A stretch of 64,000 nt of DNA from Macrostomum lignano. Its lineage: Eukaryota. This document shows, one piece after another, positions 35,076 to 47,100 of the stretch; positions within the stretch are counted from its first letter, which is position 1, and every line of letters begins with the position of its first letter. The notes beneath the pieces were generated by a model. The model saw only the letters and a list, made by a program, of their open reading frames with translations. It was not told the origin of the DNA and ran no database searches. The position numbers and the translations under genes are program-made. Where the stretch lies: the NCBI GenBank assembly GCA_002269645.1, contig NIVC01001109.1:1-64000 (forward strand), in the 5' to 3' direction.

Positions 35076-35721
35076 GCTGCAGCGTCGCGACGCCCAAGAA
35101 ATGCTCGCCGTTTATCGACGGGGTCGTCCTGTGGAATAGCCTAGGCAAAAGGAATACAAAACTGAGAGTTAATGTCGGCAGCAAGTTAAGTTTTAAAGTT
35201 CTACACATTAAGACTTTACTCTCATCAATTTGCCAGGTGCGCTGTCTCTGGTGCCGCCCTTGACGCCGTCGTCTACCCGCTTGCGGATGGTCTCCAAGTT
35301 TAGAAACTCGGGTTGAAACACGTCGATGCATGTGGCCGCATGTGGCCGTCCGATCGTTCCTCGAAGGCACCCGTGTTCGCAGCCTGCAGCCAATTCGTGC
35401 CGAATTTGGTGTCCTTGGCTGAATTCAAATAGGCCCGCAGCCTGTTCTCAAGATCCAGTAGGCCAGCGCTACCGTCCGCGACTGCCTGATTTAGCAGTAT
35501 GGTCACCAAATCGTGACTATCAAGGCTGTTAAATTGAACCAACAGCGACAGCAGCCGATATTCGTCTACTTCGTCGATTGCCTTCCGAAAGCGCTCGTTA
35601 CCGGGAACAAGACCGGATAGAACGACCGTATCGGAAGGCAGGGCATTGCCGCCATATTTTAACACGTTATTACAAACCGACCGGGTGTCTGCTGGCCCCG
35701 TGAGGTCGGCCAGTTGCCTGT

Positions 35722-35865
35722 GCGGCGACACAAATAGCGGCGACACAAAGAGCGGCGAAACAAAGAGCGGCGACACAAAGAGCGGCGACACAAAGAGCGG
35801 CGACACAAAGAGCGGCGACACAAAGAGCAGTGACACAAAGAGCGGCGACACAGAGCGGCGACACA
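35722..35865. repeat. 15-bp minisatellite GACACAAAGAGCGGC
   Basis: Direct reading. Confidence 0.9.
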
Positions 35866-36536
35866 AAGACTGTGGGCCAGGTGGGTGGGTGGATTTAATA
35901 ATTAAGGACAGTGCATTTGTCTGGTAAAATTGGATTTAGCACATTAGATACGCTCGTATAAGGTATGGCTACACAAGAATTAACCCTACTCAAGAATTAA
36001 TCATACTTAATAATTAACACTACAGCTGTTTTAACCCTACACTACGTACCTATGCGCTGTCCGTCGTTTGGACAATGTGTTCTTCAACTTCTGGGGCAGT
36101 CCGCTTTGGCACCGTGGCGCCGGTGAAACCATCGGCGCGTCGTTTGCCGCCGCCGGACGAGGAGGACGGAGCGCCGGAGGCAGCGGCAGGGGTGGCGGGA
36201 GCGGCAGCAGCAACGGCAGCGGCAGGGACGGCGGGAGCGGCAGCGGCAGGGACGGCGCGATTTTTGGAGCCAGTCATCAGCTGCTGTCCTAATAGCATAT
36301 TGAATTTGCCCCGTTTCTATAAAAGAGGGTTTGAGGTTGATTATGACATTATGGTGTACTATTAAAGCTTCAAAAATTCGTAATATGGACTCACTATTCC
36401 GACCTTAATAGTGTCGGACGAAATCAAGGCGTCGGAGGGCTATTCGCCCTCAGTGTGCTTAATGATCGGCTTTGGAGTATGTCGGGTACTACGGTATGCT
36501 GAAGGTACCTTGCGCTGCGGATTGCTTCGAGCGTAG

Positions 36537-37355
<819 letters not shown>

Positions 37356-37524
37356 ATGCGAAGTCGACTAATGCGGTCGACTTCGAAGCGGTATTTAAAT
37401 TGAAAGTTGCCCTGCTCATGACATTGCAGATAATGTCTGGGATATGCCTGTCAATTGGCCTTTGCCGAGAAAGCCATGGAGAAACAGGCCGTAGGGCCTG
37501 TTCCCCGCGTAGTAGAGGACGGCT

Positions 37525-37670
37525 TGCAGGCACCGTCGACCTACGTTCCGCATGCTGGCAGATTGAGCTAGACGAAGCGTCGAGAGATCTGTCCATGATC
37601 TATACATCCCGCGGGCTCTATCGAGTAAATCGGTTGCAACTGGGCATGAAAAACGCCTCCTTTGTCTTTC
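37525..37670 (+). pseudogene. Isolated Ty3/gypsy reverse transcriptase fragment
   Basis: VDLRSACWQIELDEASRDLSMIYTSRGLYRVNRLQLGMKNASFVF resembles gypsy RT motifs. Confidence 0.65.
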
Positions 37671-38390
37671 ATTCTTCTAGGCACAACAGAAATCGTATCC
37701 AAGGGTGAGATAGTCGCACGACGCAATGCAGGACATCCCAAACAGCGTTGGAAACTGTATTTTGGTGTACACCCATTTATTTTACAATAACGGTTTAGAA
37801 GCCCGGATTTCTGAGGTAATAAAGTGTGGCCTTCATCTTCTGTTTTGGAGATAGTAAGGTTCTGTTGTACTTTGGCTTTAAGCCTTGAATGTATGCATGG
37901 CTCATTGACGCTGAGCTTAGCTCTCAATTCATTTTATTTCGTTCCTTTCTAGTTTGGTCCATTCGACCTCTTCATATTAACATTTGCGCAGTCACGTAAA
38001 TAAATGTCTATGGGAAACTTTTGTTTCACTCACAACAGGTTCCACCTCGGGTCTCAGTTGAATGCCGCATAAAGCGCTCCACCAGGAAAGATACATGCGT
38101 TCTTCAGTTAATCTATGAAGCTGTGTGTATGTTGTCTCACGATTTCGCGGGCAAGACGGCCTAAGGAATCGTCAGTGTGTTGCCCGCAGATTTTGTCTAT
38201 GGCATAAGCGTAAACGTTTGTAACGCAAGAATTTTTTGTATTTTTTTGCGATTAAACTTGAAAAGTACAAAGTGAAACTTATGAACATGGCATTAAAAGT
38301 ACAACCGATATGTCACGTATACATAGCGTGTGCAATGGCTGCATGTGACCAGATGAGTTCCTTTAATACTCCACGTTAGTCTATAGTCCA

Positions 38391-39920
38391 CTAAATGAAA
38401 AAACTAAGTCGGACGCCATCCTTTTCCAGTACAGCGGTAGGCTTGAGGTCGTTTGGGTCGCATGATTGCCTCACGGCTGGGATAGCCTTCGGTCTTTGAT
38501 TGATGTTGCTAGCCTCTGAAGTCTCAATGACGACCATACGCTTTGAGGAGGTGGCCTCAGTCTCCGACACAGTTCCGTACAGAGCACTCGTAAGCGAATT
38601 TGAAATTTGCTGTTTCCTCTTCTCAGAAATCCTTTTCACATAGCGGTCAACTGCAGCGTCAGTGCGATGGCCTGGTAAAGTGGGAGGGGGCAAGGTACTG
38701 AACTGTTATTTAATGGGCGCAGGTGGAACACAAGCACTTAGATGATTAACATAACAGGAGACAAGTTACCTGTAACAGTCTTGATTTCTCTCACACTGTG
38801 CCCAGCTTCTGCCAAGTAAGGTTACAACACTGGCACGAACGCAGTGGTTCGTGTACTCCAACTGAAGACCTGCACGCCGCGAGATGTTCTTCATCATGTC
38901 ATTGAGCGTGTTCTTCCCCAAGACCTGCTTGGCCGAGTACCAGACATCAGAATCAGCACGAACCTTTATGGGCTTTGGAAAAAGTGCCTCCACACCAGGT
39001 GGGAATTTGGCGAGATACAGTTGCACTGCCTCAACTGGACACTTTGAGCCACCAGTACTGAACATCCTCGTATGCTTTCCGGTTGAACATTGCTGAATAC
39101 TTGCCGCAGTCAAAGTCTTCTCAGGACCCGTTTGAACCATGTCGATGCACTCTACACCTTCGTGCTCGCAGAACCGCACTGAGGATACCTTCAGGTCCCT
39201 TATCCATTCTCGACCTCGGAAGCCAAAGTGGTAGACAATGTTAAAAAACACTTCGTCTTGCAGCCGCTCCGGGTCCCTTCGGTTGAAGTACGCACTTAGC
39301 AGGGACAAGTCGGAATCGGTGATGGCCTTGAATCCTCGTTGGTCTCCAACGGTTCGCTCCCTCAACTGGCAACTCAAACGCAGGACGCACGAGTAGGTTT
39401 CATTGCTCAGGCGAAATTGCTCATTCCCAATGACGTCAGTCGCACGTGTCTCAATCATGTACCTGTGCACGCTGGCTCTGAAGCCCCGGATCGCATCCGG
39501 TGCATACGTCTTTGTCCCCACGGCAGGATTTCCTTTCAAACTTACATACCAGAGGCGCAAATAGCTGTCGACATAACGCAGTGGCATGCGCTCAATGTCC
39601 TCAGGCAGTTTCTTCTCGCGGAGGAACTTCTTAAGTCGTTCAATGTGATTCCGAGTAGTAGCCAATGTCGAAGGCGACTTTGAGGATGCCTCGGTGTCCT
39701 TAATGTTTTGAAGTTCTTTCGCATCCAAGTCTCGTAGCGAACACTCCGGATCAATAGCGGAATTCAGGAATTCTTCGATCTCCTCGTGGTCCAGGACCGG
39801 CAGCCCAGTGAATTGATCTACCGTTGATTCTGCATGCATGGACAGTCGAGATATAAACTGCAGCTCAGAATTAGCCAGGCCACTAATATCGCCTGTTGCT
39901 ATCTTACTGAAATTGATCAT
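38391..39920 (-). mobile_element. Crypton-type (DUF3504/CryptonA-like) tyrosine recombinase gene; exons 38770-39920 and 38391-38671; one 1-nt frameshift near 38815
   Basis: Catalytic set in order: HFGFRGRE (R), YTNHCVRAS (HxxR), TG|HRT (H), VDRY (Y); also CPVEAVQLY and WYSAKQVLGKNTLNDMMK. A 98-nt GT-AG intron (38672-38769) joins VTG to HRTD in phase 1. Confidence 0.85.
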
Positions 39921-40108
39921 GTTGCCGTCAAAATAAGCTACCAGTGAAGCTAATCTCAGCTCTAGTCCGATGCCTCCACGTCTCTCTTCACTGCAGCTGT
40001 ATGAACAGGCTTTAGGGGCTTGGACATAGACGAATTCTCAGGGCAGCGGGCACACAACGACATTCCGTGCCCGCTGTTTTAGTCTATGGCCAATCGTGAA
40101 ACAACATA

Positions 40109-40222
40109 GTTCTGACTATGGATTTGAGGGCAGGAATGAGCTGAATCCTCGGGGTGCTTCGCATTAGTGGCTTCGCAGCCCTCGGATTCGCTCATTCCTG
40201 CCCTCAAATCCATAGTCAGAAC
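40109..40222. repeat. 33-bp perfect inverted repeat with a branched tip, upstream of the Crypton ORF
   Basis: 40109-40141 is the exact reverse complement of 40190-40222; inner GAATCC/GGATTC stem and two GCTTCGCA mini-hairpins. Confidence 0.9.
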
Positions 40223-41534
40223 AATCAGTTGTTGCAGGTTGCGTGTCCTTGCGTGGACTTTTACTTGACTTCACATGACTTGATTTTACTTGATTTTACT
40301 TGATAAATCATCGCTGTTAACATTAAAGAGATCAGCACTAACTTTAATGATCGATATTTAGAGGTGGTTGAAATTGTCTTTTATACTTGTATTCGCATGC
40401 TGCACTACTAATAGTAGGACTATAGGATGTGTTGAAGCAGCTTAGACTGGCTCATCATGGTTTAGAACGATCAATTTACGTATTAATTTAGCAAAGTTTT
40501 AAGTCAGGCAAACTGCTAAAAAATGAACAACAAGTGCTAATTACGAAGAGCCCTACGATTTTTTAGCTACATCTAAACGGAAGCAGCTTTGAAGTTTCTC
40601 AAAGTATTATCCGCCAGCCTGGATGCAGCGCCGCATCCTTTCAAACCAGGTGATGAAGATTTGGACTTTAGATGCTTCCTGCTCAGGCTGTGGATGAACT
40701 GTGGCAAGCAGACACCGGTATACCAGGCTGCAGTCACCGCGAGCCGGTCCAGCAGCCGTACAGTCGCCACGTGACCTGAGCGACAGGAAAGAAAGTCGCG
40801 ACCATCTGCTTGCTGATGCTCCTGTCTCTTGCTTTGGTGGTTTTGCATGCGTCCTAAATTATTCTCCTTGCAGCGCAGGAAAAACTGCGATTAAGGGAGC
40901 AGTTAAGTTTTTGACGGGAGCAGCACTTCAGCTTGGTCACATACTCGTTCATGGACAACTGCACCTATTCCAGAGAAATAGGACGCTACACTCGATTTTC
41001 TTAGAAATGAGCAGGAGACCGGTAAGGAACGTGTATTTGTCGTATCTCTAGTGTCTAGTCTACTAGTCTAGAAAAATCTGAAAAGGTTTACTCGTTAAGT
41101 TGCATTCGTGATCAACAGCTGGAGCTACAGTGAGTATTGTAGAAGTGAACTGATCGATCTTTCAAACTCTGTACTCGTGTAGCTAGACCAACTGGGGTCT
41201 GGTTTAGAATCGCAGCAGTACTAGCTAGCTTAGCAATAGGCAATAGTGAGAGTAGGAGAGCTACAGTGGTCATCAATTGTCTGCTGCATGGTAAAGGAAA
41301 TCGACGTGGTGTCAGGAAACGTCTCTAGCTATTTCCTGGGAAAATCGCCTTTGTCTCTAAAAATCCGTTTTTGGGTTTCCGTTGATTTTTTTTCGTTACA
41401 GTTTCGTTTAGCTAGCCTGCTTCAGCTATTGTACAAATTGCGTTATTTTTCAGACAATGCAGTCGCAGTCTTCCGCAACTTCATCTCTATAAGACAGTCT
41501 AAAATGTCGCTACAAGACTAATCTAATATTAGTC

Positions 41535-43780
41535 TTATAATATTCCACTCTCGTCACACCGATAAAGAAATTCGCGAACAGCTTGGATGTGGCTTTCGTA
41601 GTCGGCGCTTGCGATTATGCAGTCATCCACAATGTGGCGAGTATCTTTCAAGCCCTGTAGAGCACTATCCAGTCTCCTGTTGTAATATTCTGAGATAGAG
41701 CTGATCCCGAAAGGTGCCATTCTGAACATGTATCTTCCATAAGGAGTAATACATGTTGTCAGTGGCATACTGTCCTCGTGGAGTGGTACTTGATGGTATC
41801 CTTTCAATGCATCAACAACTGTAAACCATTCTGCGTTGGATACATTGGTGCTGGTCACAACTTCCAGTGGTGTTGGTGATTGGTATCGAGGTCTCAGAAC
41901 GTATTTGTTTATCTCTCTAAAATCTACGCAAACACGAATTTGGTCAGTGCCCTTCTTCGGGGCTACGACTATTGGAGCGCACCAGGGTGTCGGCTCTGTT
42001 ATTTTGCAGATAATTTGCTGTCTTTCAAAGGCATCGAGTTCGTTTTTAAGTTTTTCATGCAGTGGCAGTGGTAACCAGCGTGGCGTCTTCACGGAAAATG
42101 GGATCGCGTCCTCTTTGAGCACAATCGAAAATTTTTCGCCCTTCATCGGCCGAATTACTCCGTCGAAGACCCTCGGGAATTCTTGGATCAAATCCAGTTC
42201 TGTGTGTTTTCTTCCGTCATTCGTCAGAACCTGAGTTATCTGGTTTATCTGACTTGGAAACTCTTTAGGGATGATTCCCAGTTTTCTACAGCTCTGCCAG
42301 GACAGCACTGGCGCGACCAAGTTCTTCAGCACATCCTTGTCGCTGCGTGCTTCCCGTTCAGCGTTATTGTGGCGGAGAAATTGCCGTTACTCTTAATGAA
42401 CTGTCCACTGGCTGATTTAGGAAATATGGCGTCATGCCTTAGTTGTGCAACCCGGATTCAGAGCTTTTTGCAATCGCATTCTCGGATTGCATCGATATTG
42501 GATCCCGTATCGGGCATCATTTCCAGCTGCTCCCCATTTATCGAGACTATTACTGTTGGGGTTGCGGGTTCCAGTGTAGCAACCAAAGTTGACATTCTCG
42601 GTGGTCGCCTTTTATCCGGATGACCAGTGCTGCGACTGGACGGGCACATGGAACCAAAATGTCCAATGCGACCGCAGTTAAAGCACTTCTTGTCCTTGGC
42701 GGGACATTCTGAGCGCTGATGTCGCCCTTTACCACAGGCAGTGCATTTCTTTGCTTCTAGACTCTTTGACCGGGCCCCACCTGGAGTTTTTCCTCGGTGT
42801 TTGCGCACTATGGACACCTGTGAAGCTGCGCAGATTTCATTTTTTTGGATCTCACAAGCTTCCTCTGATCTACATATTGTCAGCGCGTCAGCGAGAGAGA
42901 GATCTGGCTGTGCTAATAGACGCTTGATTGTCTCCGGATTTCGTACTCCTAGCACAATTTTATCCCTCAGTAGGTCGTCGGAATGCTTACAGAACTTACA
43001 TGTTCGCATCAAGTCCCTCAATTGCATGACATAGTCGTTAAAATTTTCTCCGTCATTTTGTTGCCGTTTCCAGAACCTGTTCCTCTCTACGATGATATTA
43101 ACCTGTCCGAGTACGTGATCTCTGATGGAATTCATAACGATCTTTGGGTCCTTGGATTGTTGATCCGTCAGAGGTAGATTCTTATACTTTGAGAAGGTAG
43201 CAGATGTAAATGCGTTCAACATGCAAGCTCGTCGGGCTGCCATTTTCTTCTGAGTTACGTGGATGCTGTCTGATTCCTCGTGCTGGATGTTAACTGCATC
43301 GAAGTATGCCTCAAGAGTCGCTCTCCAAGCGTCGAAATCATCGATCGTATCCACTGATAGGTCTAGTCGAGGGATGTGCAAACCAGGCAGAGATAGTTTC
43401 AGCTCAGCTTGTCCAGTTGGTGAGATATTTGCTGCTGATGCTGCTGCTGATGCTGCTGCTGATGCTGCTGCTGATGCTGCTGCTGATCGTTCCGACTTTT
43501 ATGGCTTCTGCCTTGAAGGCGATGCCGACGTAGAGCGCTGCTGCTTTGGGGGCATCTTGTGGTTTCTTTGCCAGAAGCTTTAGCACGCGGTTTCAGTGCC
43601 TGTTTGCGATGCCATGTTATATGCTTTGGTATAATGTAACTTGGGCTGCTCTGATGGCGAGCCAAGGAGCTTAAAACAATATATTTAATCGCCCTGCCTC
43701 TTAGCACGTAGGCGGTGGAGGTCAGGGCCCTAGACATGGATATACTAGTAAGAGTCCATCCACATCAATAACGGGCAACA
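41535..43780 (-). mobile_element. 3'-truncated Ty3/gypsy LTR retrotransposon: 166-bp 5' LTR (43615-43780), gag with two CCHC knuckles, protease, partial RT
   Basis: LTR TGTTG...TAACA followed by TGG; CTACGKGRHQRSEC, CFNCGRIGHFGSMC, MPDTGSN; VDALKGYHQV, RMAPFGI, IVDD; stops before RNase H and integrase. Confidence 0.85.
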
Positions 43781-44001
43781 ATACGTCCGACTCACGACTA
43801 AAATGTCGGGGGTTCGATTCTTGACCCACTCGGAACGATTTGTGTCCTTGAGCAAGACAATTAACTAGCTGCATTGCTTCAGTTCACTCAACTGTAAAAT
43901 GGGTGCCAGCATTAGCTGGGGTAATTGAGGGTGTGTGGCGACCCCAGGACTAAACAGCCGTAGGCAGCTTTCAGATGCACCGCGCAGTAGCTGCGGCTGA
44001 G
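43781..44001 (+). mobile_element. tRNA-headed CORE-like SINE, head cut by the adjacent gypsy LTR
   Basis: Box B GGTTCGATTC at ~43811; TGTGTCCTTGAGCAAGAC...CTGTAAAATGGG; ~160 bp shared with 20281-20460. Confidence 0.75.
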
Positions 44002-44132
44002 CTGTACGTCGGTTGAGCATCTGCCCTGTGTGAGTGCGTGCTTGCGTACAGCATTTGCGCGCTTGTATGTGCTCAGCTTGAATTGGCGTTGGCTCAGTGC
44101 CAGACCTCCTGCAGTTATTAGTTTTAATAGGT

Positions 44133-47100
44133 TGTTTGGGAGGTAGATTATTAACTTATTGATTTTCTTTCCATTGCATGATTTAATGTACTGCTTTATT
44201 CAGTTCGCTATGTACGCTGGTCTAGCCCAGGCCCATTTCACCCACCCCCACCGCTGGCTGATATTCTGGCTGACTGCAAATAAATATATCATCGAGAGGG
44301 CTTGCGAGCCCTGTGTACGGTTTACGTTTTTCGTTTTGTTAGCGTCTCGCTTGAGCCTCAGCTCCAAAATAGTTTGGCGGACCATCGGTCTTTTCATTTC
44401 TACAGTACATTTTGGTAGCAGAGCGTGGTTGGACAAGCCTAACTTACCACTGACGTGGCAAGCAATAGAAGCCTACTGTGAAACGAAGGACCAGGATGGA
44501 TAGTGACGACGCCAATGAGCAACAGCAGCAGGACGCCCAAGACGATGTCGGCGCGCTGCGTTTAGAGAAGCTGCGCTTCGAGAAATCCCGAAAAAAGGCA
44601 GCGTTCACTCGTTGCAAGAACAAGCTGTCTTGGCTGCTACAGACGCGCGCCTCTGACGACGAAGTGCAAGCTGCCTGCGACGCTCTGTCTGACCTTCAGG
44701 ACCTGGTCAGCGCCATCCAGGAAGAACTGCACCAAGGCTACGCCGACGCCAAGGACAACGAGAGGCGACAGCGCCTACTAGAAGAGATGGAGGAGACTGA
44801 GCGCGACTACCAAACTGCCATTCAGCGCGTCGAAAGTTCCAGAAACTGGGGATTGCAGCGCGCCCAAGAAGCCCCTCCTGTCGCGAGTTCAAGCGGTGAG
44901 AACGCTGCGGGTGACCAAGAAGAAGCAGCTGGTGAGTTAGACAAACTTTCTGGCAGTGCTGCGTCCAGCAAAGGATCCAACCCGAAGGAGCTTTCAAAGG
45001 ATTTGTGGAAGATGCTGAAGCGTGTTGAAATCCCAACGTTTAGTGGAGAAAAGCAGAAGTATGAAAACTGGAAGGCAGCCTTTGTTGCGTGCATCGACAG
45101 CGCCCCTGCAACACCAGAATTCAAGTTGCTGCAGCTTAGGCAGTACCTTAGCAGTGAAGCTTTGAAGGTTATAGAACATCTAGGACACTCCGCTGCTGCA
45201 TATGAGGCTGCAAAAGAGAGACTAGAGAGAGAATTTGGTGGACAGCGTAGGCAACTTGCTCTGCACTTGGAAGAGCTGGACAGCTTCCCGATCGTGCGAA
45301 ATGGAAACGCCAAGGATCTGAAAAGCTTTGCTAATCTACTGGATGTGGCTGTCGTTAACCTTGAGGATGCGGGTAAAGAGGCAGAGCTTCAAGATGGGAT
45401 GTTGTATGTGAAGCTGCAGAAAAAGTTGCCTGAGCAGATGGTTACCAGCTACCGGAGGTGGATCTTTGAGCAGCGGAGGCGGGAGAGTGTTAGAAATCTG
45501 AGAGTTTGGGTGCTGCAAGAAGCAGAGTTTCAGACTGAAGCGTCAGAGATTGTGCAGGGCGTTGCCACCATGCAGCAGGAGCGTCAAAAGCGAGAGCAGC
45601 GACCAAAGACTTTCGTTACTACGGACAGTGACAAGAAGGTACAGCATTGTTTGTCAAGGTGATCACGAGCTGTGGTCCTGCAGTGAGTTCAAGGAGCTTC
45701 CGGTGGAAAAACGCTGGGACGCGACGCAGAGCTCGAAGTGTTGTTTCCGGTGCTTGGGCCAAGGACATCTTGGCAGCCAATGTCGGCGCGGTCGTCGGTG
45801 CGGCATCAACAGCTGCACAAAGTTTCATCATCGCCTGCTTCATGCAGAAAAAGTGTTGGCCAAGTCTGGTGAAGCGAAGCAGACTGCATCCAAGGACGCT
45901 AAATCCGCTTCCAGTTCAGGAAAGACTGGACCGGTGACGCTTCTGTCAGCTGGTGAAACGGCAATCTCGTTACGAACGGTGCCTGTAGTCTTACGGAACG
46001 GGTCCCGGAAACTGAAGGTGAACGCCTTGCTCGACGATGCCAGTACCAGGAGCTACGTCAACATCGGGATAGCAGAAGCGCTTGGAGTGCATGGAGCGCT
46101 CGAAAAGGTGAAAGTCGGAGTCATCAATGGCCAAACAGAGACCTTCATGACAGCCCCAGTCTGCTTTAGCTTGGAAATTCTGGATGGTCAGACCAGCTCA
46201 ATGATCGTCGCCTTCACCGCCGATCACGTGACCGGGTCCCTCAAAGGCGTCGACTGGCACGAAGAAGCGCAGCAGTGGCCTCATCTGAGAAATGTGCCGT
46301 TTCCGAAGCTGTGTGAGCCTGCAGTAGTGGACTTGCTGATTGGTGCTGATCACCCGGATCTTCACGTGTCCCTCAAGGAAATCGTCGGACAGCCGCTGGA
46401 GCCAAAGGCGCGCCTGACTCCCCTGGGTTGGACGTGCATCGGTCGCACAGAGCAGGACAATTCTGAGATGCAGAACGCCCATTTTGCTGCCACTTTCTTC
46501 AGCTGCGATTCCGAATCTGGTCAGGTGGCTAAGATCCTGCGGCAGTTTTGGGAGATCGAGAACGTCTCAGAAGGTGCCAATCGAAGTCCGCTGACCGCCG
46601 ATGAAGAGAGAGCCGTCCAGCAAGCCAAGTCGTCGCTGAAGTACATGAAGGGCCGTTACTAGATCGGGATTCCATGGAAAAAGGATCGGCTGGCTCCAGC
46701 AGGCACTTTCTCAATGGCCTTCAAGCGACTAAAGAACACCGAACAGCGGCTGATTAAGGATGTGCACGTCTGCAAGCAGTATCAGGAGATCCTTGAAAAG
46801 TATGAACAGCAAGGTTATATCCGAAAAGTGTCGCAAGCTGAGACTGAAGGCCGCTGTTTCCTGCCGCACTTCCCAGTGCTGCGGCCAGACAAGGCTACAA
46901 CAAAAGTGCGGATAGTCTTTGATGCATCGGCTGCCAGATTGAACGACCAGATCCTCCAGGGCCCAAAACTGCAGAGGGATTTGGTTGACGTGCTGCTTCG
47001 GTTCCGCCGACACCCGATTGCGATCGCATGCGACGTAGCGGAAATGTATCTCCAGATCGAGATGGACCCGAAGGACAGGCCGCTGCACAGTTTCCTTTGG

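Larger units (their letters stand above)
33640..36290 (-). pseudogene. Spliced, frameshifted gene of unknown family (Ala/Lys-rich low complexity, possible PHD-like remnant at the 3' end)
   Basis: Splice-like junctions CAG|GTGAAT (~34738), CCGCAG acceptor (~34677), AACG|GTAAGT (~34213), TAG|GTACGT (~36049); KCAKWDWTHITCG at ~33850-33890; stops and frameshifts in each segment. Confidence 0.35.

Noticed and set aside
43800-43830. GGTTCGATTC as a tRNA gene
   Set aside because: No cloverleaf or acceptor stem; it runs into the SINE core
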